This document shows, piece by piece, positions 51,274 through 61,068 of a stretch of 64,000 nucleotides of DNA. Origin of the DNA: Natronospirales bacterium (GTDB lineage Bacteria; Pseudomonadota; Gammaproteobacteria; Natronospirales; REEB76); assembly GCA_021816765.1 (NCBI GenBank), contig JAKAXB010000001.1, forward strand, positions 170,929 to 234,928, in the 5' to 3' direction. Below the pieces are notes generated by a model. It had not been told where the DNA came from, searched no databases, and saw nothing but the letters and a program-made list of their open reading frames with translations. The position numbers and the translations under genes were made by a program. The stretch's first letter is position 1. Every line of letters begins with the position of its first letter.

Positions 51274-51365
51274 GATAATGGGCTCACGCGGGGTTCCTGC
51301 CTTTGCGAATGCGGGTCCTTTGCTTCAAAATAACGCTTTCATCCCCATTCCGAAACTCCCACCCC

Positions 51366-52532
51366 ATGAACCTGCACGAGTATCAGGCAAAACAACTGTT
51401 TGCAGCATACGGCATTCCTGTTCCCAGCGGTCGTCCGGCCGCATCCCCGGCGGAAGCAGTGGCGGCCGCCAGGGCCCTGGGCGGTTCCCTGTGGGTCGTG
51501 AAAGCCCAGGTGCATGCCGGCGGCCGCGGCAAGGCCGGCGGTGTCAGGCTGGTGAAGACCCTGGACGAGGTGCAGAAAGCCGCTGCGGCGCTGCTGGGCC
51601 AACACCTGGTCACCCACCAGACTGGGCCGGAGGGCTTGCCCGTCAACATGCTGCTGGTTGAGGCCGGGTCCGATATCGCGCGTGAGCTGTACCTCTCGGT
51701 GCTGGTGGACCGCGGCTGCGAACGCGTGGTGTTCATGGCCTCCGCCGCCGGCGGCATGGAGATCGAAGAGGTGGCGGCCAGGACGCCGGAGAAGATTTTC
51801 CGCGTGCAGGTGCACCCCGCCGCCGGCATCCAGCCCTACCAGATCCGCGAACTCGCCTTCGGTCTCGGCATCACCGGGAAGGGGCAGATGGCCGCCTTCG
51901 GCGGGATCGTGAGCGGACTCTATCGCCTGTTCATGGAAAGGGATGCGAGTCTGGTGGAGGTCAATCCGCTCATCATCACCCGCGATGGCCGGGTGCTGGC
52001 ACTGGACGCCAAGGTGAACCTGGATGACAACGCGCTTTTCCGTCAGCCGCAACTCGCCGAGATGCGCGACAAGACCCAGGAAGACGCCCGTGAGAGCGAA
52101 GCGAAGGAGCATGAGCTGAATTACGTCTCGCTGGACGGCAACATCGCCTGCATGGTGAACGGTGCGGGTCTCGCCATGGCCACCATGGACATCATCAAGC
52201 TGCACGGCGGCACGCCGGCGAATTTCCTCGATGTCGGCGGCGGCGCCACCACCGAACGCGTCACCGCGGCTTTCAATCTCATTCTTTCCAACCAGAGCGT
52301 CAAGGCGATACTGGTCAACATCTTCGGCGGCATCGTGCGCTGTGATCTCATCGCCGAAGGCATTATCAACGCCGTGAAGGGCGTGGGTGTGAGGGTGCCG
52401 GTGGTGGTGCGGCTCGAAGGCACCAACGTGGAGCAGGGCAAGGCGCTGCTCGCCGGCAGCGGACTCGCCATCACGCCGGCGAATGATCTTACCGACGCCG
52501 CGAAGAAAGTCGTGGCGGCGGCTGCAAGCTGA
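51366..52532 (+). CDS. sucC: Succinyl-CoA synthetase beta subunit
   Basis: Canonical N-terminus [20 protein letters not shown]. 388 aa. Confidence 0.96.
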   Translation: MNLHEYQAKQLFAAYGIPVPSGRPAASPAEAVAAARALGGSLWVVKAQVHAGGRGKAGGVRLVKTLDEVQKAAAALLGQHLVTHQTGPEGLPVNMLLVEAGSDIARELYLSVLVDRGCERVVFMASAAGGMEIEEVAARTPEKIFRVQVHPAAGIQPYQIRELAFGLGITGKGQMAAFGGIVSGLYRLFMERDASLVEVNPLIITRDGRVLALDAKVNLDDNALFRQPQLAEMRDKTQEDARESEAKEHELNYVSLDGNIACMVNGAGLAMATMDIIKLHGGTPANFLDVGGGATTERVTAAFNLILSNQSVKAILVNIFGGIVRCDLIAEGIINAVKGVGVRVPVVVRLEGTNVEQGKALLAGSGLAITPANDLTDAAKKVVAAAAS

Positions 52533-52616
52533 GGTGCGGAACCCTTTGCAGCGACGCTTCATGAAAGCGGCGACCGGTGGAAGTGACGGTCTCCGTCGCA
52601 ATTTGGAACCATGTTT

Positions 52617-52722
52617 GTAGGAGCGGCGACATTCGCCGCGACAGAAATCTGTCGTGGTGTGTGACACCGCTCCCACAATCGCAGAGCAACAATCGCGGTG
52701 GAGATCACCGCTTCCACAAAGG
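52617..52722. repeat. REPIN elements inside the sucC-sucD intergenic spacer
   Basis: GTAGGAGCGGCGACATTCGCCGCGAC (52617-52642), an 8-nt spacer, then inverted GTCGTGGTGTGTGACACCGCTCCCAC (52651-52676). A further degenerate inverted REP (GCGGTGGAGATCACCGCTTCCAC) follows near 52697-52722. Confidence 0.9.
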
Positions 52723-52841
52723 ATGTACGCCCTGGACCACAAACGGAGCAGGGGTGCGCAGCGCGGTGGGCCGGGCTGGTCGGCCCACCAGGGAAGGTTC
52801 TGTGCCGGAGCAGGGCATGAAAAATATGAGGATTTAAGATC

Positions 52842-53714
52842 ATGAGCATTCTGGTCAACAGGAACACTCGGGTGATTTGCCAGGGCTTTACTGGCAAACA
52901 GGGCACCTTCCACTCCGAACAGGCCCTTGCCTACGGCACCAAATTGGTGGGCGGCGTGACGCCGGGCCGCGGCGGTGAGAAGCACTTGAATCTGCCGGTG
53001 TTCAACACCGTGCAGGACGCTGTGAAGGACACCGGCGCCGAGGCGAGCATGATCTACGTGCCGGCGGCGTTCGCCGCGGATGCGATTCTGGAAGCGGCGG
53101 ACGCGGGTATCAGGACCATCGTGTGCATCACCGAGGGCATCCCGGTGACCGACATGATCCGCGTGAAGGCGGCCATCAAGGACTACGACTGCCGGCTCAT
53201 CGGCCCCAATTGCCCCGGCATCATCACGCCGGGTGAATGCAAGATCGGCATCATGCCGGGCCACATCCACAAGCCCGGCCGCGTGGGCATCGTGTCACGC
53301 TCCGGTACGCTGACTTATGAAGCGGTATTCCAGACCAGCAACAACGGCCTCGGTCAATCCACCTGCGTGGGAATCGGCGGCGATCCGGTGCATGGCATGA
53401 CTTTCATTGATGTGATCGCTCTGTTTGCCGCGGACCCCCGCACCGACGGCATCATCATGGTGGGCGAGATCGGCGGTTCCGACGAGGAAGCCGCCGCAGA
53501 GTTCATCAGGAAGAACGTGAAGAAACCGGTGGTGGCCTATATCGCCGGCGTCACCGCGCCGCCGGGCAAGCGCATGGGCCATGCCGGCGCCATCGTCTCC
53601 GGCGGCAAGGGCACCGCGCAGGCCAAGTTCGAGGCACTGGAAGCAGCGGGCGTCACCACCGCACATTCGCCGGCAGATCTCGGTTCGGCCATGAAGAAGC
53701 GCTTGGCGGCGTGA
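52842..53714 (+). CDS. sucD: Succinyl-CoA synthetase alpha subunit
   Basis: [25 protein letters not shown]-terminus. Catalytic His region (GHAGAI). 290 aa. Confidence 0.96.
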   Translation: MSILVNRNTRVICQGFTGKQGTFHSEQALAYGTKLVGGVTPGRGGEKHLNLPVFNTVQDAVKDTGAEASMIYVPAAFAADAILEAADAGIRTIVCITEGIPVTDMIRVKAAIKDYDCRLIGPNCPGIITPGECKIGIMPGHIHKPGRVGIVSRSGTLTYEAVFQTSNNGLGQSTCVGIGGDPVHGMTFIDVIALFAADPRTDGIIMVGEIGGSDEEAAAEFIRKNVKKPVVAYIAGVTAPPGKRMGHAGAIVSGGKGTAQAKFEALEAAGVTTAHSPADLGSAMKKRLAA

Positions 53715-53750
53715 TCTTTAACACTGAATTGGCTCGCATCGAGAGGAGTA

Positions 53751-53783
53751 AAATCCCCGCCATCAAGGCGGGGATTTGTTTTT
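53751..53783 (+). terminator. Rho-independent terminator after sucD
   Basis: ATCCCCGCC-ATCAA-GGCGGGGAT followed by TTGTTTTT. Confidence 0.85.
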
Positions 53784-53792
53784 AATTCAGCG

Positions 53793-55415
53793 ATGGCAAA
53801 TACGCTCCGCATCGTAATGGCGCAGATCAATCTCCTGGTGGGAGACGTGAGCGGCAACGCGGCCAAGGTAAAGGCGGCGGTCACGCGCGCGCGCGACGAA
53901 CTGGGCGCACAACTGGTGATGTTTCCGGAGCTGACGCTCACCGGTTACCCTCCCGAGGACCTGCTGTTTCATTCGAGTTTTCGCCGGGAAATAAGCGCGG
54001 CACTGGTTAACGTGTGTGCACATGCGCAGGGCATCGCTGTGCTGATCGGTTACCCCCAGTATGTGGACCATGCCATCTACAACGTGGCCTCGTTGCTGCG
54101 CAACGGCGGAATCATCGCCACCTACCGCAAGCAATGCCTGCCAAACTACAGCGTGTTCGACGAGATGCGCTATTTCACGCCTGGCGAGGGGCCGACGCTT
54201 GTGAATACCGGCGGCGTACCCATGGCACTTACCGTCTGCGAGGACATCTGGCACAGGCAACCTGCGGCACAGGCGGAGGCGGCGGGTGCGCAACTCATTC
54301 TCAATATCAATGCCTCGCCCTACGAGATCGGCAAGCAGCAACAGCGCGAGCAGATGCTGGCGGCGCGCGCCAGGGAGTGCGGATTGCCGATCATTTACGT
54401 GAACCATGTGTGCGGCCAGGATGAGTTGGTATTCGACGGTGGTTCGCTGGCGATGGATGCGCGGGGCCGGGTGATCATGCGGGCACCGTCTTTCGAGGAA
54501 GGCCTGTACGCGGTGGAATTCAAGCTGGAAAACGGGTGCCTGCAGCCACTCCCCGGGGCGGTGCATGTGGACGGCAGTGAGGAAGAAAGCGTTTACCGCG
54601 GCATTGTGCTCGGCGTCGGCGACTACGTGAGAAAAAATCGCTTCAAGGGCGCGGTAGTGGGGCTCTCCGGCGGCATTGATTCCGCGCTTACGCTCGCCAT
54701 CGCCGTGGATGCGCTCGGCAAGGAGAACGTTACCGCGGTAATGATGCCGTCCCGCTACACTTCGGAGTTGAGCCGGGATGCAGCCGAACGCCAGGTACGT
54801 GCGCTGGGCGTGGAATACCACCTTGTTTCCATTGAACCGACTTTTGCAGCGTTTCTGGAGTCACTCAGCAAACCGCTCAAGGGCGGCACGGGCGGCGTTA
54901 TCGAGCAGAATCTCCAAGCGCGCTGCCGCGGTGTGCTGCTCATGGCGATTTCCAACCAGAGCGGCCGCTTGGTGCTTACCACCGGCAACAAGAGCGAACT
55001 GGCAGTGGGATATGCCACGCTTTACGGCGACATGGCCGGCGGTTTCGCACCGCTGAAGGATGTGACCAAAACGCTGGTGTACCGCCTGGCGCGCTATCGC
55101 AATGCACTGTCGCCGGTCATTCCGCAAGCCGTCATCGAGCGTGCACCCTCGGCGGAACTTGCACCGGGACAGAAGGATTCGGACAGCCTGCCACCTTACG
55201 AGATTCTCGATCCGATACTCACAGCGTATGTGGAGGACGACAGAACCGTGGCGGAGATCGTGGCCATGGGTTACGCCGAAGCCACGGTCAAGCGGGTGGT
55301 GGGCATGATCCAGCAGGCGGAATACAAGCGTCGTCAGGGTCCACCGGGCGTGCGTGTGAGTCGGCGCGCCTTCAGCCGTGACCGGCGCTATCCCATCACG
55401 TCGGGTTATCGCTGA
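53793..55415 (+). CDS. nadE: Glutamine-dependent NAD+ synthetase
   Basis: 540 aa. N-terminal CN-hydrolase (glutaminase) domain and a C-terminal NAD synthetase domain with SGGIDS PP-loop. Confidence 0.93.
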   Translation: MANTLRIVMAQINLLVGDVSGNAAKVKAAVTRARDELGAQLVMFPELTLTGYPPEDLLFHSSFRREISAALVNVCAHAQGIAVLIGYPQYVDHAIYNVASLLRNGGIIATYRKQCLPNYSVFDEMRYFTPGEGPTLVNTGGVPMALTVCEDIWHRQPAAQAEAAGAQLILNINASPYEIGKQQQREQMLAARARECGLPIIYVNHVCGQDELVFDGGSLAMDARGRVIMRAPSFEEGLYAVEFKLENGCLQPLPGAVHVDGSEEESVYRGIVLGVGDYVRKNRFKGAVVGLSGGIDSALTLAIAVDALGKENVTAVMMPSRYTSELSRDAAERQVRALGVEYHLVSIEPTFAAFLESLSKPLKGGTGGVIEQNLQARCRGVLLMAISNQSGRLVLTTGNKSELAVGYATLYGDMAGGFAPLKDVTKTLVYRLARYRNALSPVIPQAVIERAPSAELAPGQKDSDSLPPYEILDPILTAYVEDDRTVAEIVAMGYAEATVKRVVGMIQQAEYKRRQGPPGVRVSRRAFSRDRRYPITSGYR

Positions 55416-55453
55416 GACGGTTTTGACCGACTGGCGCCGGAGCGGTGGTATTT

Positions 55454-55606
55454 GTGGGCGGCGACACTCGCCACGACGTGTGAAACCCGGCAAACTTTCC
55501 CGTGGGAGCGGCGACACTCGCCGCGACGGTTTTTAAAGAATCGCGGTGTGTGACGCCGCTCCTACCATAGCGGAGACGCAATCACGGTGGGGACCACCGC
55601 TCCGAC
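55454..55606. repeat. REP cluster (two forward and two inverted REPs) between nadE and bamD
   Basis: GTGGGCGGCGACACTCGCCACGAC (55454-), GTGGGAGCGGCGACACTCGCCGCGAC (55502-), CGCGGTGTGTGACGCCGCTCCTAC (55542-) and CACGGTGGGGACCACCGCTCCGAC (55583-). Confidence 0.85.
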
Positions 55607-55626
55607 GAAGATAAAGCAGGATGCCG

Positions 55627-56394
55627 TCAGGCCGGGGCGTGGGGCTTGTAAACGGGTGACGCGCCGGGGAAATTCGTTTCCAGCATTTTCTGCGCATCCG
55701 CGGCGAGCCGGATGAGCCCCAGCTTGTTGTAGGCCGTCACCATGATCTGCAGCGCGTCTTTCACGCGCGGCGTTTGCGGGTAGTGATCCACGATGTAATA
55801 AGCGCGGTGCAATGCCGATATCCAGGCGCCGCGACGCATGTAATAGTCCGCCACCGCCCACTCGTAATCTGCAAGCCGGTCGCGCAGATACAGCATGCGC
55901 TGACGCGCATCCGCGGCGTATTTGGTATTGGGGAACTTTTGCAGCAGCAGTTGGAATGCCTGGAAGGATTTCTCCGCGTTGGACGGTTCGCGCTGGTAGT
56001 TGTCATGCCCGAAGAGCTTCATGAATGGACCCGGCGCCTCATCGAAATAAGCCACGCCCTTCATGTAGTAGGCATAGTCCACATCCGCATGCCGCGGATG
56101 CTCGCGGATGAAACGATCCGCCGCATCCTCGGCACTGCCGTAATTGCCATTCATGTAGTTGGCGTAGATGAGATCCAGTTGCGCCTGGGTACCGTAGTCG
56201 TTGAAGGGAAAGCGCGCTTCCAGTGTTTGCAGGCGGCTGATCGCGGTCCGGTAGTTTCCCGCCGCGAGATTGGCTTCAATACTCTTGTAGAGCGCGGCCG
56301 CCGCCAGGGTCTCATCCTTGCTTTGCTGGGAGGCGCAGCCACCCAGCAGCAACACGGCGGTCGCGAAGGTCAACAAAATGAGGCGTAGCCGCAT
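55627..56394 (-). CDS. bamD: Outer membrane protein assembly factor BamD
   Basis: Lipoprotein signal LLLGGC followed by TPR-like repeats. Divergent from rluD as in E. coli. Start set at ATG 56394. Confidence 0.9.
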   Translation of the reverse strand: MRLRLILLTFATAVLLLGGCASQQSKDETLAAAALYKSIEANLAAGNYRTAISRLQTLEARFPFNDYGTQAQLDLIYANYMNGNYGSAEDAADRFIREHPRHADVDYAYYMKGVAYFDEAPGPFMKLFGHDNYQREPSNAEKSFQAFQLLLQKFPNTKYAADARQRMLYLRDRLADYEWAVADYYMRRGAWISALHRAYYIVDHYPQTPRVKDALQIMVTAYNKLGLIRLAADAQKMLETNFPGASPVYKPHAPA

Positions 56395-56556
56395 GGCGGA
56401 ATCAGTCCTGATGTTGGGTGGCGGTCGCATGGGGCGGCAAGTATAACGTAAACAACCACTAAGCGTATGCTGCGCGGCCTATGGAGGTTGCGAGGACCGA
56501 GAAGGTGGTTATTCCCGGCCGCCAGTCCGACTTTCCAGCGATCTTCGCTTGCCTCT

Positions 56557-57000
56557 TTACATCAAGTCAGAGATAGGCAAAGTATAGAAAAAATATACAA
56601 GCGCCATCCCAGGCTTTGGTGGCAAGGCATTAAATTTATCCGCAGCCTTCGTCGTTTGTTTAATAACGATGTTTTGAATCATGTAGGCTGATTTTTGTAT
56701 GACTTGGAAATAGTAAGTCTTGCCTGGTTCTAGGTTAACGGTGGTGGTGATACCGTTGCCCCTATAGGTTCCTGAGTAATTGAACATGCCGGTAAAATCG
56801 TGGCTGCCTGGGTAAAGGTACGCCCAACAGTACCGCCCGTTGTAGAGTGAACATATTCGGGATCCATGCTGGTCACCGCTCAGGACCACGATCTGCGAGG
56901 CGGTACGGATATAACCATGGCTGGTGCGAACTTCATCAGGAGTCGTACACCCTACAAGAAACAAAACTATAAAAAGCGGAATTAGTCTTGTAAATTTCAT
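56557..57000 (-). CDS. Lipoprotein, DUF2846-like
   Basis: Signal peptide with lipobox (LFLVGC). Motifs YPGSHDF, LEPGKTYYFQV and PGMALVYFFY resemble DUF2846. AT-rich gene between bamD and rluD. Confidence 0.6.
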   Translation of the reverse strand: MKFTRLIPLFIVLFLVGCTTPDEVRTSHGYIRTASQIVVLSGDQHGSRICSLYNGRYCWAYLYPGSHDFTGMFNYSGTYRGNGITTTVNLEPGKTYYFQVIQKSAYMIQNIVIKQTTKAADKFNALPPKPGMALVYFFYTLPISDLM

Positions 57001-57156
57001 GGCGACGCCCTTTATCGTAATCAAGCCATGGCGCGCATCTTATCCCATCGGTTTCAATTCGGTAATCCCGCCGGCTATCCACCGGATACAGGACAACTTC
57101 AGGAAATTTGTTTGGTTTTGCGGATATAACGTAAACTGCAGTTATCCTTGCAGATT

Positions 57157-58137
57157 ATGGCGCTTATGAACCGACGTGCGGTCAAAGAATGCCTGATCCC
57201 CGTTGAGCTGGCCGGACAGCGTTTCGACCAGGCGCTGGCGCGGCTGTTTCCGGAATATTCACGCAGCCGTCTGACCCAGTGGATACGCGAGGGTCGTGTG
57301 CTTTTGGACGAGCGCGCGCCGCGGCCGCGGGATTCCGTGATGGCGGGCCAGCGGGTGCGCCTGACGCTGGTGGAGGAGGCGCTTACGGAACTGCTGCCCG
57401 AGCATTTGCCCCTGGACATCGTGTTCGAGGATGCGGCCCTCATCATCGTCAACAAAGCGGCGGGCCTGGTGGTGCATCCCGGCGCCGGCAACCCGGCCGG
57501 CACGCTGCAAAACGCACTGCTGGCCTACGCGCCGGAACTGGTGCAGGTGCCGCGTTGCGGCTTGGTGCACCGGCTCGACAAGGATACGTCCGGGCTGCTG
57601 GCGGTGGCGCGCACCCTGGAAGCCCATACCCAACTGGTGGCGGCGCTGGCGGCGCGCCAGTTCGAGCGCGAGTACGAGGCACTGGTGAACGGCGTCATGA
57701 CCGGCGGCGGCACCGTGGACGCGCCCATCGCGCGCCACGGCGTGGACCGGGTGCGCATGAGCGTGCGCGAAGGCGGCCGGCCAGCGGTAACCCATTATCG
57801 CGTCATCCAGCGCTTCCGCGCTCACACCCATGTATCCGTGAAACTGGAGACCGGCCGCACCCATCAGATTCGTGTGCATCTTGCCCATATCCATCATCCG
57901 CTGGTGGGCGATCCGGTCTACGGCCGGCGACTTGCGATGCCTGCCGGCGCCACTCTCACGCTGACAGAAGCGTTGCGCGGCTTCAAACGCCAGGCGCTGC
58001 ACGCGCGCCGGCTTGGTCTTGCGCATCCCATCAGCGGCGAATTCATGCGCTGGGAAGCCCCGCTGCCGCAGGACATGCAGCAACTGCTTCACGCCCTCGA
58101 CATGGATCTGCGGCGGCATCCGGTACATGCGCGCTGA
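57157..58137 (+). CDS. rluD: 23S rRNA pseudouridine(1911/1915/1917) synthase RluD
   Basis: S4 domain (AGQRFDQALARLFPEYSRSRLTQWI) plus RluA-family catalytic motif HRLDKDTSGLL. ATG 57157 is preferred over TTG 57148. Confidence 0.92.
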   Translation: MALMNRRAVKECLIPVELAGQRFDQALARLFPEYSRSRLTQWIREGRVLLDERAPRPRDSVMAGQRVRLTLVEEALTELLPEHLPLDIVFEDAALIIVNKAAGLVVHPGAGNPAGTLQNALLAYAPELVQVPRCGLVHRLDKDTSGLLAVARTLEAHTQLVAALAARQFEREYEALVNGVMTGGGTVDAPIARHGVDRVRMSVREGGRPAVTHYRVIQRFRAHTHVSVKLETGRTHQIRVHLAHIHHPLVGDPVYGRRLAMPAGATLTLTEALRGFKRQALHARRLGLAHPISGEFMRWEAPLPQDMQQLLHALDMDLRRHPVHAR

Positions 58138-58864
58138 CTGGATCACGCCGGACTGGCCCGCGTTGCCGCGCGTGCGCGCCGTGGCCACCACGCGCAGCGG
58201 TGGGGTGAGCGCGGGCGTGTATGCGTCGCTGAACCTGGGCCGGCATGTGGGGGATGCGCCGGACCATGTCGCTGAAAACCGCCGGCGATTGAGCGCAGCG
58301 CTGGATCTGCACCGGGAGCCTCGCTGGCTCAGGCAGGTGCATGGTTCCCGGATCGCTGATCTGAACGGGGATGGCATCACCGGGCCGGCCGATGGCGCCG
58401 TGACACGATCTCCGGGGGAGGTCTGCGCCATCATGACGGCCGACTGCATGCCGGTATTGTTCTGTGACCGTGCCGGCACGACAGTCGCGGCCGCCCATGC
58501 GGGCTGGCGCGGTCTTGTAGCCGGCGTATTGGAGGCAACGGCAACCGCGATGCAGGTGCCGCCGCAAGAAATTCTTGCCTGGCTCGGTCCCGCCATCGGC
58601 GCCGATGTGTACGAGGTGGGCGATGAGGTACGTACGGCGCTGGTCAGGGAACACGCGGATGCGGAGCAGGCCTTTGCACCGGCGCATCCGGGCAAATGGC
58701 TGTGCGATTTGTACCAGCTCGCCAGCCAGCGGCTGCGGCGAGCGGGCATCGGCCGCATCTATGGTGGCGGGTTTTGTACGTATACGGACAAGGACAGGTT
58801 TTTTTCGTACCGGCGCGACGGCGAATGCGGGCGCATGGCGACGTTGATCTGGCTTGCAGGCTGA
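58127..58864 (+). CDS. pgeF: Peptidoglycan editing factor PgeF (YfiH, polyphenol oxidase/laccase-domain family)
   Basis: 245 aa with YfiH motifs (TTRSGGVS..YASLNLG, TADCMPVL, HAGWRG). Overlaps the rluD end. rluD-yfiH synteny. Confidence 0.88.
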   Translation: MRADWITPDWPALPRVRAVATTRSGGVSAGVYASLNLGRHVGDAPDHVAENRRRLSAALDLHREPRWLRQVHGSRIADLNGDGITGPADGAVTRSPGEVCAIMTADCMPVLFCDRAGTTVAAAHAGWRGLVAGVLEATATAMQVPPQEILAWLGPAIGADVYEVGDEVRTALVREHADAEQAFAPAHPGKWLCDLYQLASQRLRRAGIGRIYGGGFCTYTDKDRFFSYRRDGECGRMATLIWLAG

Positions 58865-58920
58865 TTTGGACTCCTTATCTCTCTTCGGGAGAAGGCGGGG
58901 ATGAGAGGGAATTATTTTGA

Positions 58921-59376
58921 TGCGGCTTCGCCGCAGGAATTGATGCCGGTTCCGTCGCTTCCGGCATCCTGCCTCCCGCGACACTTGTACATCCATGTAC
59001 ATCGCGCACCGGCGAGCGGGTCCATTTTCTTGTTACGCGACAAGAAAATGGACGAAAAGAAGCGCGCCCCGATGAGTCCGTGCTTGCTTGCGCACAGAAT
59101 CGTCCCTGATTGGCTGACCAGGGCGGACATCCCTGTCCGCCCGCTCGTCGCGGTGCGACGAGCCCTCGCTGCTCGCGTCCTCGGGGCAGCCCTCACGGGG
59201 CATCCATGCCCCGGTCGGGCTGGCTCGCCATCCCTGGTTTCGCCCGCGCACTGCGTGCGCGGCAACACCCTGCGGGCGCTGCGCCGCTCAGCGGACTCAA
59301 TGGGGTTACCAAGAGCGTCTTCAAGCCTCGCTGGTTTCGGCGAAGGCTTCACGCCGCACAGGCTGAGGCTCGATGC
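58921..59376. repeat. Hairpin-rich modular repeat, copy L (inverted partner at 61401-61934)
   Basis: Contains a 68-bp core (58946-59013) whose reverse complement is identical to 61673-61740. Palindromes: GTACATCCATGTAC (58987-59000), a 13-bp-stem hairpin (59020-59053), GGCGGACATCCCTGTCCGCC (59122-59141), GGGGCATCCATGCCCC (59197-59212) and CCGCGCAC-TGC-GTGCGCGG (59244-59262). Confidence 0.9.
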
Positions 59377-59396
59377 CGGTCGTTTCAGCCCTGTCA

Positions 59397-59792
59397 TCAC
59401 ACAGGCAGCGCCGATGATCTGAGTATCGGGGCGCCCTCGGTGTAATACGATATATATAGTCGGTCGGCACAGCTATTTTGCGCATACCCGCCAACACTGC
59501 CCGGATGATTGTTCCATGCAAATCGTGCGCGCAGTATTATTCCGGGCATTGCAGATTTCATTTCATAAGGTATGGATGTATAAATATTTTTACAGTCATC
59601 CCCAGGCAGCCAGGGTGTAATAATTAGGACGGGTTGCCAGAATCCGCCTTGTTCGTTGACCATTTTCGACAGCGCGGGGTCAGTCTGTGGGTTGCATCGT
59701 TCATTGATTTCGCGGCTAACTAAGAACGCCATTAAAGTTTCGCCAAGTTGCGCTTGAACGTTATCAAGTAGGTCGTTAATTGAATGACCCAT
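59397..59792 (-). CDS. Hypothetical protein, 131 aa, no recognisable family
   Basis: ATG-started ORF in low-GC DNA, divergent from the CoiA-like gene across a 115-bp spacer. Native-looking composition, but I recognise no motif. Confidence 0.45.
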   Translation of the reverse strand: MGHSINDLLDNVQAQLGETLMAFLVSREINERCNPQTDPALSKMVNEQGGFWQPVLIITPWLPGDDCKNIYTSIPYEMKSAMPGIILRARFAWNNHPGSVGGYAQNSCADRLYISYYTEGAPILRSSALPV

Positions 59793-59907
59793 AACAGGTA
59801 CCGCGATAGTAGAATTGAGTCAAGTATACATAATCGCAGATGTTTATAACCGAACTCCCAGGGTTGAACCGCTAGCGCGCTGCAAAGGGATTGCGTGGAC
59901 GGAATGA

Positions 59908-61068
59908 ATGACTGAAGGAATTAAATACCGATTTGCAAAGAACAATAGCGATGAGCCCGTGGATGTGCAATCGCTAGATCCTGGTTCCATAGTGCGCGGG
60001 CCATTTACTTGCTATGGTTGTAATCAAGAATTAATCGCTCATCTTGGTGCACAGCGAGCGCATCATTTTCAACATAAAGAGAATATCTCTACTTGTGCCC
60101 GCGAAAGCTATCTACACAAACTAGCAAAGTCTGTTTTTACTCAAGAATTCATATCACGAATAAGCGCGAGAACGCCATTTATCATGGAGCTGCATGTCCC
60201 TGGCACATGCACACATTTCGAAGATAGCCTCCACTTCTCTTGCTCGTACAGCGAAGTTCAACGACACGATCTGACACGGTGGTTTGACAACTGCACGATA
60301 GAGGCTGGATATAAAGGTTTTGTGGCTGATGTCTTGTTGTCATCTTCGAAGCGTGAAGATGTGTTGTTCGTGGAATTTTCAGTCACGCATGACTGCGAGC
60401 CCGAAAAGATCGCGAGTGGCATCCGTATTCTTGAAATTCCAATTCGCGACGAAGACGATGTTGCAGCGCTAAGGGGTGATCTGTTAGTAAGCGGCACCCA
60501 TTCAGCACGCCGCGCATATAACCTCAAAGTGCGATCCAAGCGCGCTCCTATGTGCAAGGGCGAATGCCCAAACGAAGTTGGCTTGTTCATAGTGTATAAG
60601 AACGGCAAGGCATTCCTTAAACCAATATCGCCCAAAGCCGCTGTCAATCCCAAGCTACGCGGCGAGATTGCTCATTATAAAATCATTCCACCCGGTGTTC
60701 GATGGGATGACGGATCTTCTCTTGTGCAGATCACTGAGATACCAAAGAGGTATGACGATGCGGATCCATCCGATCCCGCAACGGTTTTTGAACGGCGCTC
60801 CGTGGAGGCGCACTTCAACGGAGTAGCAATACGATCTTGCTTTGTGTGCCGCTTTCATGGGGCTGACGGAATTAATGCTGCAGTGTTTTGCAAGAAGCAT
60901 CGTGAATCCTGTTCTGCGAATACTGCGGCGGATTGCCGCGACTATGCTCCTGTACGCTCTAAAAATGAGTATCAAACACTCAAGGCCAGGAATGCTCGTT
61001 GGGCAGAGGAACATGGGATAGAAGCCGCGTTTAGACAAATTGTGAAACGGAACATTCCGTTAACATAG
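59908..61068 (+). CDS. CoiA-like protein: N-terminal zinc finger + PD-(D/E)xK-type nuclease core + Cys-rich C-terminal domain
   Basis: 386 aa. The CoiA N-terminal pattern FTCYGCNQEL..(10)..HHFQH is followed by ESYLHKLAK and the nuclease-like GFVADVLL...VLFVEFSVTH. The C-terminal half has CKGEC and CFVCRFHG..FCKKHRESCSANTAADC clusters. Low GC. Confidence 0.65.
   Translation: MTEGIKYRFAKNNSDEPVDVQSLDPGSIVRGPFTCYGCNQELIAHLGAQRAHHFQHKENISTCARESYLHKLAKSVFTQEFISRISARTPFIMELHVPGTCTHFEDSLHFSCSYSEVQRHDLTRWFDNCTIEAGYKGFVADVLLSSSKREDVLFVEFSVTHDCEPEKIASGIRILEIPIRDEDDVAALRGDLLVSGTHSARRAYNLKVRSKRAPMCKGECPNEVGLFIVYKNGKAFLKPISPKAAVNPKLRGEIAHYKIIPPGVRWDDGSSLVQITEIPKRYDDADPSDPATVFERRSVEAHFNGVAIRSCFVCRFHGADGINAAVFCKKHRESCSANTAADCRDYAPVRSKNEYQTLKARNARWAEEHGIEAAFRQIVKRNIPLT

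Noticed and set aside
58901-59422. ORFs spanning the hairpin repeats: 58901..59422 (+), 58912..59400 (-), 61400..61942 (-), 61454..61936 (+), 61632..62069 (+).
   Set aside because: They translate palindrome-rich repeat DNA on both strands (Arg/Ala/Pro-rich, no RBS). The same DNA is open in several frames, which argues against coding.
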